Shown: positions 10,315-17,690, numbered from the stretch's first letter. The stretch is 64,000 nucleotides of DNA from an archaeon (GCA_043799715.1 JAZDNM010000005.1:4859-68858); one strand, 5' to 3'. Notes: generated by a model from the sequence alone, not told the origin. Numbers and translations are program-made.

Positions 10315-10740
10315 ATGAAACATCCAATACTCTGGCTTCAAGATAGACCCAAACTCTCATGGACTCTTGCATTTGGATACATGGCCGTTATTTTTGTTCT
10401 GTCATCATTTCCTTACGGCCCCCCTCAGCCCACCTTGCTGAAACCGATTTCAGCAACATTCAAGCATTTCCTTGAATATTCTGTGCTGGGCTTTATCCTT
10501 CTTGCGTGTTTCAGAAGCAGCCCAAAGACAAGGAATAGGGCTTTGTTATTTGCCTTTCTCCTTGCAGCTTTTTACGGGCTTACTGACGAGTTTCATCAGC
10601 TTTTTGTTCCAGGCAGGACAGCAAGCTTTGTGGATATTGCCGCTGACTCCCTTGGGGCTTTTGCCGGAGCTCTGATATCAAAGCCCAGCAAAGGAACAAA
10701 ACCCGCCCACAAAAAGCTTTTTAAACGTTCTCATTTATGA
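10315..10740 (+). CDS. VanZ-like membrane protein
   Basis: Four TM helices and the block TDEFHQLFVPGRTASFVDIAADSLGA, typical of the VanZ family. Confidence 0.7.
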   Translation: MKHPILWLQDRPKLSWTLAFGYMAVIFVLSSFPYGPPQPTLLKPISATFKHFLEYSVLGFILLACFRSSPKTRNRALLFAFLLAAFYGLTDEFHQLFVPGRTASFVDIAADSLGAFAGALISKPSKGTKPAHKKLFKRSHL

Positions 10741-10746
10741 AATAGG

Positions 10747-11097
10747 ATGGTAGGGGGAGAAGCAGGAGCGCAGGATGCAGTCAAGCAGTTGGGCGGCAAT
10801 ATCTCCCTGATAAATTTTGATTTAGACCCGATGCAGGCCGCAGTTGTAAGGAAGGTAGTAGGAAATTACGTAAAAAGGCTCGGGGAAATAGTGGAGTACA
10901 AGGAATTAAAAATAAGGCTGAGGAAGCATGAGCATGGCAAATCAACCCTCAATGAAATTGATGCGAATGCCTATATAATCCATGAAAAGGAAGTAACTTT
11001 AAATGCGAGTGCTTCAGGTTATAATCTTTACTCTGCGCTTGCAGAGGTATTAGAGAAGATTATAGCAGAAGCGATGCATCAAAACAGCAAGAAATAA
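10747..11097 (+). CDS. HPF/RaiA (S30AE, ribosome hibernation factor)-like protein
   Basis: The beta-alpha-beta-beta-beta-alpha pattern aligns by eye with E. coli RaiA (NIS.. / NIT.., LDPMQAAVVRKVVGNYVKRL / ITPAIRQHVADRLAKL, ASASGYNLYSALAEVLEKI / ASGKHEDMYTAINELINKL). Confidence 0.4.
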   Translation: MVGGEAGAQDAVKQLGGNISLINFDLDPMQAAVVRKVVGNYVKRLGEIVEYKELKIRLRKHEHGKSTLNEIDANAYIIHEKEVTLNASASGYNLYSALAEVLEKIIAEAMHQNSKK

Positions 11098-11104
11098 TTG
11101 AAAA

Positions 11105-11362
11105 ATGGCAAAAAATGCGGCAACATCACAGCAAAGCAGGGGCTTAACAACCCACTTCAAAGGGTTAAAGATAGGAGAAACAGTGGCATTAGTTTACCAT
11201 CCAACATTCCCTGTTTTTCTTCCGAAAAGGATAGAGGGGCAAACCGGAGTTATTATCGGGAAAAGGGGCAAGTCCTACATAGTAAAGGTAAAACAGGGAA
11301 GCCAGTACAGGCAGTTTATAGTTGAATCAGCACATTTAAAAAAGATAAAATCATCCAGCTAA
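11105..11362 (+). CDS. rpl21e: 50S ribosomal protein L21e
   Basis: SRG.T..F..GE.V....P...P.R..G.TG.I.GKRG..Y.V pattern, in the conserved L21e-RpoF-DUF655 context. Confidence 0.9.
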   Translation: MAKNAATSQQSRGLTTHFKGLKIGETVALVYHPTFPVFLPKRIEGQTGVIIGKRGKSYIVKVKQGSQYRQFIVESAHLKKIKSSS

Positions 11363-11364
11363 AA

Positions 11365-11673
11365 ATGATAACCCACGTTGAGCCATTGAGCATAGCAGAA
11401 GTCAAGGAACTGATAAAAAAACTGCCTGAGTCAGAAAAAGTAAAAAGATTAGATTCCTATGTAAAGAAATTCTGCAAAGGGAGCATTGGAGATGCATTAA
11501 AGCTGAAGAAGGAGCTTCAGGAGTCATTCCCGGGAATTAGTGCAGAGAATATAGTTAAGATAATGGATATAATGCCCAAGGATGCTGATGATGCAAGGAA
11601 GATACTTTCTGAGTCAGGCGTTGAAGAAAATGAAATCGTAAAAATACTTGAAATTGTCAAGAAATACATTTAA
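11365..11673 (+). CDS. rpoF: DNA-directed RNA polymerase subunit F (Rpo4)
   Basis: About 100 aa and helical (SIAEVKELI..., IVKIMDIMPKD..., EIVKILEIVKKY), sitting directly after rpl21e as in most archaea. Confidence 0.7.
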   Translation: MITHVEPLSIAEVKELIKKLPESEKVKRLDSYVKKFCKGSIGDALKLKKELQESFPGISAENIVKIMDIMPKDADDARKILSESGVEENEIVKILEIVKKYI

Positions 11674-11678
11674 AAAAA

Positions 11679-12215
11679 ATGGAAAAGGAAGAAATTGCAC
11701 TTGTGTTAGACTTTTTGCCTTATGGCTATCCTCTGGAAGGGAAAACAATGCCGGTTGCCCAGGCAATAGGTCTGAAAAATTTCACGCTTTTGCAGCTTGT
11801 GCCTAGAAGGGGCATTGCACTCCAGTTGAAAGAGGAAGTTTACATAGGAGTAGGCAAGCGGGATAAAGTTTATTATATCCTCGGCAGGCTTCCTCCGGAA
11901 AAACTTACCGAGACAGCAAAACTTCAGCTTAGGGAGTTTGTAACAAAAACAGTTGTTGAACAGGAAAAAAGATTCGTTGATTTTTTCAATAATGCGCAAC
12001 CGATAAATACAAGACTGCATCAGTTAGAACTTTTACCGGGTTTTGGCGTGAAGCATACTGAAGCAATAATTTCAGAAAGGGAGAAAAAACCATTCGCAAA
12101 TTTTGAGGACATAAAATCAAGGGTTCACAGCATTCCAGATCCAAGAAAGACAATTGAGAAAAGGATAACCCAGGAACTTGAGACAAAGGAGCGGTATAAC
12201 CTTTTTGCATCTTAA
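11679..12215 (+). CDS. DUF655-family putative RNA-binding protein (OB plus HhH)
   Basis: N-terminal ALVLDFLPYGYP and C-terminal LELLPGFGVKHTEAII HhH. Conserved neighbour of rpoF. Confidence 0.7.
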   Translation: MEKEEIALVLDFLPYGYPLEGKTMPVAQAIGLKNFTLLQLVPRRGIALQLKEEVYIGVGKRDKVYYILGRLPPEKLTETAKLQLREFVTKTVVEQEKRFVDFFNNAQPINTRLHQLELLPGFGVKHTEAIISEREKKPFANFEDIKSRVHSIPDPRKTIEKRITQELETKERYNLFAS

Positions 12216-12217
12216 AA

Positions 12218-12739
12218 ATGAAAGAAAAAATGGAAAAGGCAAAAAAACCAGAGGCAAGAAAGCCCGAAGAGAGACCAAGGATACTGTCAGGCACTATAGT
12301 CAGGATACTCGCGACAGACATCCCGGGCGAAACAACAATCTATCATGGCCTGACAAGGATTAGAGGAGTTTCATGGAGCTTTTCAAATGCAGTATGTTTA
12401 TCCTTGGGAATGGATAAAAAGAAGAAGGTCAGCTCATTAACAGAAAATGAAATAGAGAAGATAGTCTCTTTCATAAAGAAACCTGTTGGCTTGAAGCCAT
12501 TCCTGCTTAACAGGAGAAGAGACATAGACACAGGGGAGGACAAGCATTTAGCGACTTCTGACTTGGATATGCAGAGGGACTTTGACATAAGGAGAATGAA
12601 GCAGATAAGGTCATACAAAGGATGGAGGCATGCATTAGGGCAGCCAGTCAGAGGGCAAAGAACAAGGAGCCATTTCAGAAAAGGAGGAAAGGCAGTTGGT
12701 GTCCAGAGGGCAAAACCTCAGCCCGCAAAAGCAAAATAG
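12218..12739 (+). CDS. rps13: 30S ribosomal protein S13 (uS13)
   Basis: Heads the S13-S4-S11-RpoD operon. Blocks: LTRIRGV...IRSYKGWRHALGQPVRGQRTRS. Confidence 0.9.
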   Translation: MKEKMEKAKKPEARKPEERPRILSGTIVRILATDIPGETTIYHGLTRIRGVSWSFSNAVCLSLGMDKKKKVSSLTENEIEKIVSFIKKPVGLKPFLLNRRRDIDTGEDKHLATSDLDMQRDFDIRRMKQIRSYKGWRHALGQPVRGQRTRSHFRKGGKAVGVQRAKPQPAKAK

Positions 12740-12751
12740 GTATAATCTAAA

Positions 12752-13273
12752 ATGGGAGACCCAAGAAGGCAGCACAAAAGATACGAGAAGCCAAAAAAGA
12801 AATTTGAGGCAGCAAGAATGAAGGAGGAGGACTTGCTTATTCAGAAATATGGCCTGAAAAACAAGAAGGAGATATGGAGATCAGAGTTTAAGATAGACAA
12901 TATAAGAAGGCAGGCAAAAAGTTTAATAAGAAGCCCGCAGCAGGCAGAGAAATTAGTTTTAAAGCTGAAAAATCTTGGGCTGAAAGTCAATGCTGTTGAT
13001 GATATACTTGCCTTAACAAGAGAAAATATTCTTGAGAGAAGGCTGCAGACAGTTCTTGTAAGAAAAGGGCTTGCAAAAACATTCAGAGAGGCAAGACAGC
13101 TTATCACACACAAACACGTGCTTGTGGGCAGCAATATTGTTAATATCCCCTCATTTATTGTGCCTTTGTCTATGGAAGACAAAATAAAAATCTCAAAAAA
13201 ACAGATTAGCAAGAAGAAAGCGCAGGAAACATCAGAGATTGTAACAGAAAATACAGGAGGGGAAAATGAGTGA
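12752..13273 (+). CDS. rps4: 30S ribosomal protein S4 (uS4)
   Basis: MGDPRRQHKRYEKP N-terminus and an S4 RNA-binding domain (RRLQTVLVRKGLAKTFREARQLITHKHV). Confidence 0.9.
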   Translation: MGDPRRQHKRYEKPKKKFEAARMKEEDLLIQKYGLKNKKEIWRSEFKIDNIRRQAKSLIRSPQQAEKLVLKLKNLGLKVNAVDDILALTRENILERRLQTVLVRKGLAKTFREARQLITHKHVLVGSNIVNIPSFIVPLSMEDKIKISKKQISKKKAQETSEIVTENTGGENE

Positions 13274-13661
13274 AGAAGGCAAGAAGTTAGAAGGGATAGG
13301 GATAGCATATATCTACACTACATTTAACAACACAATCATCCACATAACTGATTTGACAGGCAAGACTATCTCAAGAGTTTCAGGGGGCATGTCAACAAAA
13401 CAGGACAGGCTTAAGGCAAATCCAACTGTTGCGATGTTCGCGGCAAAGCGTGTTGCAGAACAGGCAGTTGAGAAAGGCATAAGCAGCGTTTATGTAAGGA
13501 TAAAGGCAAAAGCAAATTCAACAGGGCCTGGCCCTGGAGCGCATTCTGCTGTAAAGAGCCTTGCGAAAAGCGGATTGAGGATAATAAACATTGTTGATAC
13601 AACACCTATGCCTAGAGGCGGACCAAAACCTAAAGGCGGCAAGAGGGGCAGAAGAGTATAA
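13266..13661 (+). CDS. rps11: 30S ribosomal protein S11 (uS11)
   Basis: GIAYIYTTFNNTIIHITD..., PGPGAHSAVKSL..GLRI..I.D.TP.P..G. Confidence 0.9.
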   Translation: MSEEGKKLEGIGIAYIYTTFNNTIIHITDLTGKTISRVSGGMSTKQDRLKANPTVAMFAAKRVAEQAVEKGISSVYVRIKAKANSTGPGPGAHSAVKSLAKSGLRIINIVDTTPMPRGGPKPKGGKRGRRV

Positions 13662-13692
13662 CTTTAAAAAAATAAAATATCAAACTAAGAAA

Positions 13693-14472
13693 ATGGAAAT
13701 CAAGATTATAAACAGCAATAAAGACAAGGCATCTTACATAATCAGTGGAATAGATACTTCAATCGCAAATGCGCTTAGAAGGGCAGTTCAGGAAGTGCAG
13801 ACTCTTGCAGTGGATGAAGTCGAGATTGTAAAAAATGATTCTGCTCTTTTTGATGAGATACTGGCTCACAGGATTGGCCTGATTCCTCTGAAAACAGAAA
13901 AAGGCATTTCATCAAGGGATGAATGCAGCTGCAAAGGAAAAGGCTGCAGCAAATGCACTGTTTCAATGAAACTCAAGGCGCAGGGGCCATGCACAGTTTA
14001 TGCTTCTGATATAAAAGGAAAGGACTTGGTTATACACAAGAAGATGCCTATATTATCGCTGTTAAAAGGACAGGAACTTGAATTAAATGCATACGCAAGG
14101 CTTGGCACAGGTAAGGAGCATTCAAAATTCTGCCCTGCACTTGTTTACTTCCGGCCTTCAGTTCAGATTAACGTTTCAAAGGATTGTGATTTATGCGATG
14201 CATGCGTTGAGGCATGCCCTATTCATATTCTTGCAAATCACGGAAAGGCAATCTCATGTTCAGACATAAACTCCTGCGATTCGTGCGATGCCTGTGTTGA
14301 GGCCTGCAAGAAGAAAGGCAAAGATGCAATCAGCATCAAACAAAGCAAGGAAGATTATATCTTTATTATAGAATCATTTGGGCAGCTTTCAGTCAAGGAA
14401 ATTTTCACAGAGATGTGCAAGGTTATTGAGAGAAACTTGAAAGAAATCGAGAAGAAACTCTCGAAAAGCTGA
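13693..14472 (+). CDS. rpoD: DNA-directed RNA polymerase subunit D (Rpo3) with a cysteine-rich Fe-S-type insertion
   Basis: MEIKII...SIANALRRAV..., then two C-x2-C-x2-C-x3-CP-like clusters (CDLCDACVEACP, CDSCDACVEAC). ATG 13693 was chosen because the 13591 start would overlap rps11 by about 70 nt. Confidence 0.88.
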   Translation: MEIKIINSNKDKASYIISGIDTSIANALRRAVQEVQTLAVDEVEIVKNDSALFDEILAHRIGLIPLKTEKGISSRDECSCKGKGCSKCTVSMKLKAQGPCTVYASDIKGKDLVIHKKMPILSLLKGQELELNAYARLGTGKEHSKFCPALVYFRPSVQINVSKDCDLCDACVEACPIHILANHGKAISCSDINSCDSCDACVEACKKKGKDAISIKQSKEDYIFIIESFGQLSVKEIFTEMCKVIERNLKEIEKKLSKS

Positions 14473-14490
14473 GCCATGGAGGATTTAATT

Positions 14491-14574
14491 GCGGAGGTGC
14501 CGGAGCGGCCAAACGGGCAAGCTTGAGGTGCTTGTGGCTTAGTGCCTGCACAGGTTCGAATCCTGTCCCCCGCA
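14491..14574 (+). tRNA. tRNA-Leu(GAG), with a long variable arm, no intron and no encoded CCA
   Basis: The cloverleaf folds by hand. Anticodon stem CAAGC/GCTTG, loop TTGAGGT (GAG at 14525-14527), T-arm ACAGG-TTCGAAT-CCTGT. The acceptor GCGGAGG/CCCCCGC has one A5-C68 mismatch. Confidence 0.88.
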
Positions 14575-14585
14575 TAAACATAAAA

Positions 14586-14939
14586 ATGATAAAAATAAGC
14601 AAAACAAAAATAGAAAAGAAGTCTTCAAGAAAGACAAACACTGAGTTGAGAAACCTTATTGTCAAATTGAAAAAGAAAGGCAGTCTTGAGGCTGCAAATC
14701 TGCTTGCAAATCCTAGAAGAAAGGCAGTTATAGTTAATATAGGGGATTTGGAAAAACAGACTAAAGAAGGGGAAAAAGTTCTTGTGCCCGGCAAGGTTCT
14801 TGGCAAAGGGGAAATAAAACACAAAATAACTATTGCAGCATTTTCATTTTCCCAAGAGGCAAGGAACAAATTAAAGTCCTCAAAGATAATAGGGCTCATA
14901 GAGATGTCTGAAGACAAAAGTGCAAAGATGATATGCTAA
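14586..14939 (+). CDS. rpl18e: 50S ribosomal protein L18e (eL18)
   Basis: Positioned between rpoD/tRNA and rpl13. MIKISKTKIEKKSSRKTN..L..LI..L. The tracker ORF start at 14523 lies inside the tRNA, so ATG 14586 was used. Confidence 0.85.
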   Translation: MIKISKTKIEKKSSRKTNTELRNLIVKLKKKGSLEAANLLANPRRKAVIVNIGDLEKQTKEGEKVLVPGKVLGKGEIKHKITIAAFSFSQEARNKLKSSKIIGLIEMSEDKSAKMIC

Positions 14940-14946
14940 ACTAAAA

Positions 14947-15381
14947 ATGACAAAAGAAACAAAAACAAGCTTTGAAAAGAACATGCAGTACGTGATAGAC
15001 GCGACAGATGCTGTCACAGGAAGAGTTGCAAGTCTCGCTGCAAAAAAAGCGCTTTCAGGCAGAAAAGTAATAATAGTAAACTCTGAAAAAGCAGTAATAA
15101 TCGGAAGCAAGAGCAGCATATTAAAGAAATATTCAGCAAGAATAGCAAGGGGCCGGGGCAAGCAAGCAGGGCCTTATTTCCATAGAGGCCCGGAAAAGAT
15201 CCTTAGAAGGGCTGTGAGGGGAATGCTGCCATTTGACAGAAAAACAGGCAGGGATGCCCTGAGAAATGTGAAATGCTATATTTCTGTGCCCCCTGAACTG
15301 AAAAATTCAGAGAAAATAGATTTTAAAAATGAGCTTCATGCGGACTATATGACTTTAGGAGAGCTTTCAAAATTACTTTAA
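14947..15381 (+). CDS. rpl13: 50S ribosomal protein L13 (uL13)
   Basis: IDA...V.GR.AS..AK.AL.G..V.IVN.EKAVI.G, and operon position. Confidence 0.9.
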   Translation: MTKETKTSFEKNMQYVIDATDAVTGRVASLAAKKALSGRKVIIVNSEKAVIIGSKSSILKKYSARIARGRGKQAGPYFHRGPEKILRRAVRGMLPFDRKTGRDALRNVKCYISVPPELKNSEKIDFKNELHADYMTLGELSKLL

Positions 15382-15382
15382 G

Positions 15383-15817
15383 ATGGCAAAAAAAAGAATT
15401 CCAGAGTTTGCAAAAGGGAAGATTACTGTTACAGGAAAGAGAAAAACAGCAATTGCCAAGGCAACCATCTGTTCAGGCACTGGCATTGTCAAGATAAACA
15501 AAATTCCTGTGGAAAATCTTGGATTTCTCAGAAAACTGACTGTCAGCGAACCGATAAGAATAGCAGAGGAGACTCTCAAATCAAAACCCTCATTTGATAT
15601 TTTTGTGAATGTTTCAGGAGGAGGGCCAGAATCACAGATAGAAGTTGCAAGGCTTTCCATAGCAAAGGCAATTGTTGCCTTCACAAAGAATGCAGAATTA
15701 AAGAAAGCATTCCTCAGTTATGACAGATCTTTGCTTGTTGCAGACGCGAGAAGAAAGGAGCAGTACAAGCCTAATGACAGCAAGGCAAGGGCAAAGAGGC
15801 AGAAGTCATACAGGTAA
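15383..15817 (+). CDS. rps9: 30S ribosomal protein S9 (uS9)
   Basis: GKRKTAIA.A....G.G...IN, and a C-terminal ...KARAKRQKSYR. Confidence 0.9.
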   Translation: MAKKRIPEFAKGKITVTGKRKTAIAKATICSGTGIVKINKIPVENLGFLRKLTVSEPIRIAEETLKSKPSFDIFVNVSGGGPESQIEVARLSIAKAIVAFTKNAELKKAFLSYDRSLLVADARRKEQYKPNDSKARAKRQKSYR

Positions 15818-15851
15818 TAAGATATTTAAATCAACATAAAATATACAAAAA

Positions 15852-16049
15852 ATGATAATCCCAATAAGATGTTTTTCATGCGGAAAGCCAATCGCCCACT
15901 TGTGGGAGGATTTCAAGAAAAGAGTAGAAGCAGGCGAAGAGGCAAAAAAAGTCCTTGATGAACTAGGCTTGGAAAGATACTGCTGCAGGGCAATTTTCCT
16001 GGGGCATGTTGATTTACTGGATACAGTGAATAAATTCAAGAAATTCTAG
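15852..16049 (+). CDS. rpoN: DNA-directed RNA polymerase subunit N (Rpo10)
   Basis: MIIPIRCFSCGKPI...LGLERYCCR zinc motif, 65 aa. Confidence 0.92.
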   Translation: MIIPIRCFSCGKPIAHLWEDFKKRVEAGEEAKKVLDELGLERYCCRAIFLGHVDLLDTVNKFKKF

Positions 16050-16338
16050 TTTCAGCCTTGTATCTGCTGATTTTTCCGCAATTCAGGCATTGTTTTGCAA
16101 TAAACCCTTTTTTTATGCGGATTTTGCAATTTCCTGAATTAAAAAATGAGTTGCATCCACGGCAGAATTTTTTTCTCGCATCTCTTGACAGCTTTATTTT
16201 GAAATGCATAGCCAGCCTTCTTGCTTTTCTTATATATCCCCTGCTGAGCGAAGCATTGCTTTCATAAATTTCAGCGCCTTTTTGCAGGCATTCCTTGATT
16301 TTGCTTTCAATTTTATTTTTATCATTTTTTTTGCCCAT
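16036..16338 (-). CDS. rnp4: RNase P protein component 4 (Rpp21/Rpr2 family)
   Basis: 100 aa. Basic N-terminal helices are followed by a zinc ribbon (CRGCNS...CLNCGK). Its 3' end overlaps the rpoN 3' end by 14 nt (convergent genes). Confidence 0.75.
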   Translation of the reverse strand: MGKKNDKNKIESKIKECLQKGAEIYESNASLSRGYIRKARRLAMHFKIKLSRDARKKFCRGCNSFFNSGNCKIRIKKGFIAKQCLNCGKISRYKAETRIS

Positions 16339-16381
16339 AAACCTTCAAGGGAATTATAGTTTAAATCTTTATTGACAATAG

Positions 16382-16389
16382 AAAAAAAA
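16382..16389 (-). terminator. Oligo-T tract directly downstream of the 5S rRNA
   Basis: An A8 run on the plus strand gives T8 on the minus strand, immediately after 5S helix I. Confidence 0.5.
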
Positions 16390-16503
16390 GCGAAGACAGC
16401 TTTTAGGATTCCCCTCGTTAGAGAGTACCACCCAATACGCAAGCAGCTTAACTTCTCTGTTCTGACGGGAAGAGGTGTTTCCTGCCTGCTATGGCCGTCT
16501 TCA
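16390..16503 (-). rRNA. rrf: 5S rRNA (orphan, not linked to 16S or 23S in this window)
   Basis: The reverse complement reads GAAGACGGCCATAGCAGGCAGGAAACACCTCTTCCCGTCAGAACAGAGAAGTTAAGCTGCTTGCGTATTGGGTGGTACTCTCTAACGAGGGGAATCCTAAAAGCTGTCTTCGC. The terminal 9-bp helix I (GAAGACGGC/GCTGTCTTC) and the GGCCATAGC, GAAGTTAAGC and GTACT motifs are 5S hallmarks. Confidence 0.85.
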
Positions 16504-16522
16504 TAATTTGCAGAGAAAAGCG

Positions 16523-16532
16523 CTTTTTAAAC
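16523..16532 (-). promoter_or_regulatory. TATA box for the 5S rRNA. It is near-palindromic and could act in both directions.
   Basis: CTTTTTAAAC (GTTTAAAAAG on the minus strand) is centred about 26 nt upstream of the 5S 5' end at about 16502. Confidence 0.5.
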
Positions 16533-16535
16533 TTA

Positions 16536-16672
16536 ACTCCTGCTCAGGCAAAACTTAAATACTTCAGGTTATTCTAAGCATCAGGCAGGAGTAATCAGTG
16601 TTTTCAGCTGATGCTTCGGCATCACCTGTCTTCGGACATTGCTGAGCTGGATTCTTCTGGAATCCACACTGA
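16536..16672 (+). ncRNA. Candidate structured ncRNA of unknown family
   Basis: No credible ORF. Nested helices fold by hand. ACTCCTGC/GCAGGAGT (16536-43/16585-92). TCAGTGT/ACACTGA (16595-601/16666-72) encloses TCAGC/GCTGA, which holds two C(UUCG)G-capped hairpins (TGATGC-TTCG-GCATCA and TGTC-TTCG-GACA), plus the hairpin GGATTC-TTCTG-GAATCC. Confidence 0.45.
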
Positions 16673-16767
16673 CTTTGTCTGCCTTTTCATTCTTGGCATT
16701 CCATCGCTTCTGGAAATATTTATATACGATATTGCCGAATAAAAATATAGGAAAAGGGATTTGTTGC

Positions 16768-16928
16768 GCGGGAGTGCCGGAGCGGCCAAACGGGACAGCC
16801 TCAAGAGAGAGCTCTCTTCTTTCAAAAAGAAGAGACTTCGGAGAGAAGAAATCCTCGGCAAAGAAAAATGAAAATCTCAGAAAGCTGTTGGCTTAGTGCC
16901 TGCATAGGTTCGATTCCTATCTCCCGCA
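16768..16928 (+). tRNA. tRNA-Leu(CAA) with a 77-nt intron at the canonical 37/38 position (intron about 16806-16882)
   Basis: Perfect acceptor stem GCGGGAG/CTCCCGC. Anticodon stem ACAGC/GCTGT split by the intron, loop CTCAAG|A (CAA at 16802-16804). Long variable arm, T-arm ATAGG-TTCGATT-CCTAT. Confidence 0.88.
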
Positions 16929-16938
16929 TAAGCATAAA

Positions 16939-17463
16939 ATGAAAAGAAAAAAACCAGGAATTTCACAAGGCATCAAAATCCGGGCAAGAAGAAGCCTTAA
17001 CAGGCAGATGAGCACCAATGAGGAAACTTATGTAGTTGATACAAGCATTGCAGTAAACCAGTTTATCAGAAGACTTGTCAAGAAAGGCTTAAAGGGGAGG
17101 ATTATAATCCCCAATGCTGTAATGGCTGAACTTGAAAATCTTGCCAACAAGGGAAATGAAGCAGGATTTAAGGGGCTTGAGGAAATTTCAAGTTTGCATC
17201 AGCTTAAGAAACATTTCAAGTTTTCTGTTTATTTTGAAGGGTTGAGGCCAAACGAGCATCAGATCAAATTTGCAAAATCTGGCGAGATTGATGCATTGAT
17301 AAGGGAAATAGCAATCAAGAAGCATGCGACAATCATAACTGCTGATTTGGTTCAGGCTAAAACCTCACAAGCATACGGAATAAAGGTTCTTTTCCTTAAG
17401 TCAAGGCAGCCAGTGCAGCAGAAAAAGAAGGGATTTTCTTTTTTTAAGTTAAGGAAAAAATGA
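16939..17463 (+). CDS. PIN-domain protein (predicted RNase); the N-terminal start is uncertain
   Basis: YVVDTSIAVN... with acidic residues at spacing typical of a PIN domain (D..E..D: VVDTS, MAELENL, IITADLVQA). The alternative start MSTNEE is at 17008. Confidence 0.55.
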   Translation: MKRKKPGISQGIKIRARRSLNRQMSTNEETYVVDTSIAVNQFIRRLVKKGLKGRIIIPNAVMAELENLANKGNEAGFKGLEEISSLHQLKKHFKFSVYFEGLRPNEHQIKFAKSGEIDALIREIAIKKHATIITADLVQAKTSQAYGIKVLFLKSRQPVQQKKKGFSFFKLRKK

Positions 17464-17598
17464 AATCTTTCAAATGGAAAGAGGCAGAGAAAACCCTTAA
17501 ACAATTCAGGGAGATGATTGCATTAGTCAAGAATTACTGCCCTCTCAAATTAAGGATAGAAAAACAGGATTTTCCTTACGATATCCTAAAAATATAGA

Positions 17599-17608
17599 TT
17601 TTTATATC
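17599..17608 (+). promoter_or_regulatory. TATA box placed correctly for the tRNA 5' fragment
   Basis: TTTTTATATC is centred about 27 nt upstream of 17631. Confidence 0.45.
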
Positions 17609-17630
17609 TCTTTTTTGTATTGTTTTTTAT

Positions 17631-17656
17631 GCTCCCCTAGCTCAGCCTGGATAGAG
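17631..17656 (+). tRNA. Orphan tRNA 5' fragment: acceptor 5' strand, D-stem 5' strand, D-loop and 3 nt of the D-stem 3' strand. It is the proposed exon or half 1 of a split tRNA (Cys-like).
   Basis: GCTCCCC-TA-GCTC-AGCCTGGATA-GAG, after which the tRNA pattern stops. No anticodon arm or T-arm follows locally. Confidence 0.55.
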
Positions 17657-17660
17657 AAAA

Positions 17661-17670
17661 ATTTAAATAT
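17661..17670 (+). promoter_or_regulatory. TATA box for the LAGLIDADG gene
   Basis: ATTTAAATAT is centred about 26 nt upstream of the ATG at 17691, immediately after the tRNA fragment. Confidence 0.45.
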
Positions 17671-17690
17671 CCTAATCCGCGCTTCTTCTA

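Noticed and set aside
11098-11325. 75-aa ORF overlapping rpl21e in another frame
   Set aside because: It lies entirely inside the well-supported L21e gene and its sequence is low-complexity and basic. It is a shadow ORF.
12841-13308. 155-aa antisense ORF opposite rps4
   Set aside because: It is antisense to a highly conserved ribosomal protein gene, and its hydrophobic, low-complexity translation is typical of shadow frames in AT-rich DNA.
13591-13692. Upstream extension of rpoD proposed by the ORF tracker
   Set aside because: It would overlap rps11 by about 70 nt. The conserved RpoD N-terminus (MEIKII..SIANALRR) begins at ATG 13693.
14423-14917. 164-aa minus-strand ORF across tRNA-Leu and rpl18e
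   Set aside because: It overlaps a tRNA and a ribosomal protein gene on the opposite strand and has no recognisable motifs.
16230-16442. 70-aa ORF overlapping the 5S rRNA
   Set aside because: The region is accounted for by the 5S rRNA and the start of rnp4.
16536-16672. Identifying the candidate ncRNA as SRP (7S) RNA or RNase P RNA
   Set aside because: The helix enclosing two hairpins superficially resembles an SRP Alu domain. However, I found no helix-8 GGAA/AGCA motifs and no RNase P CR-I, CR-IV or CR-V sequences, and the space is too short for either RNA. It is left unclassified.
16622-16896. 79-aa (minus) and 85-aa (plus) ORFs in the 5S to tRNA-Leu spacer
   Set aside because: They run through the hairpin-rich candidate ncRNA and the tRNA-Leu intron. 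They have no motifs and no promoter-to-start spacing.
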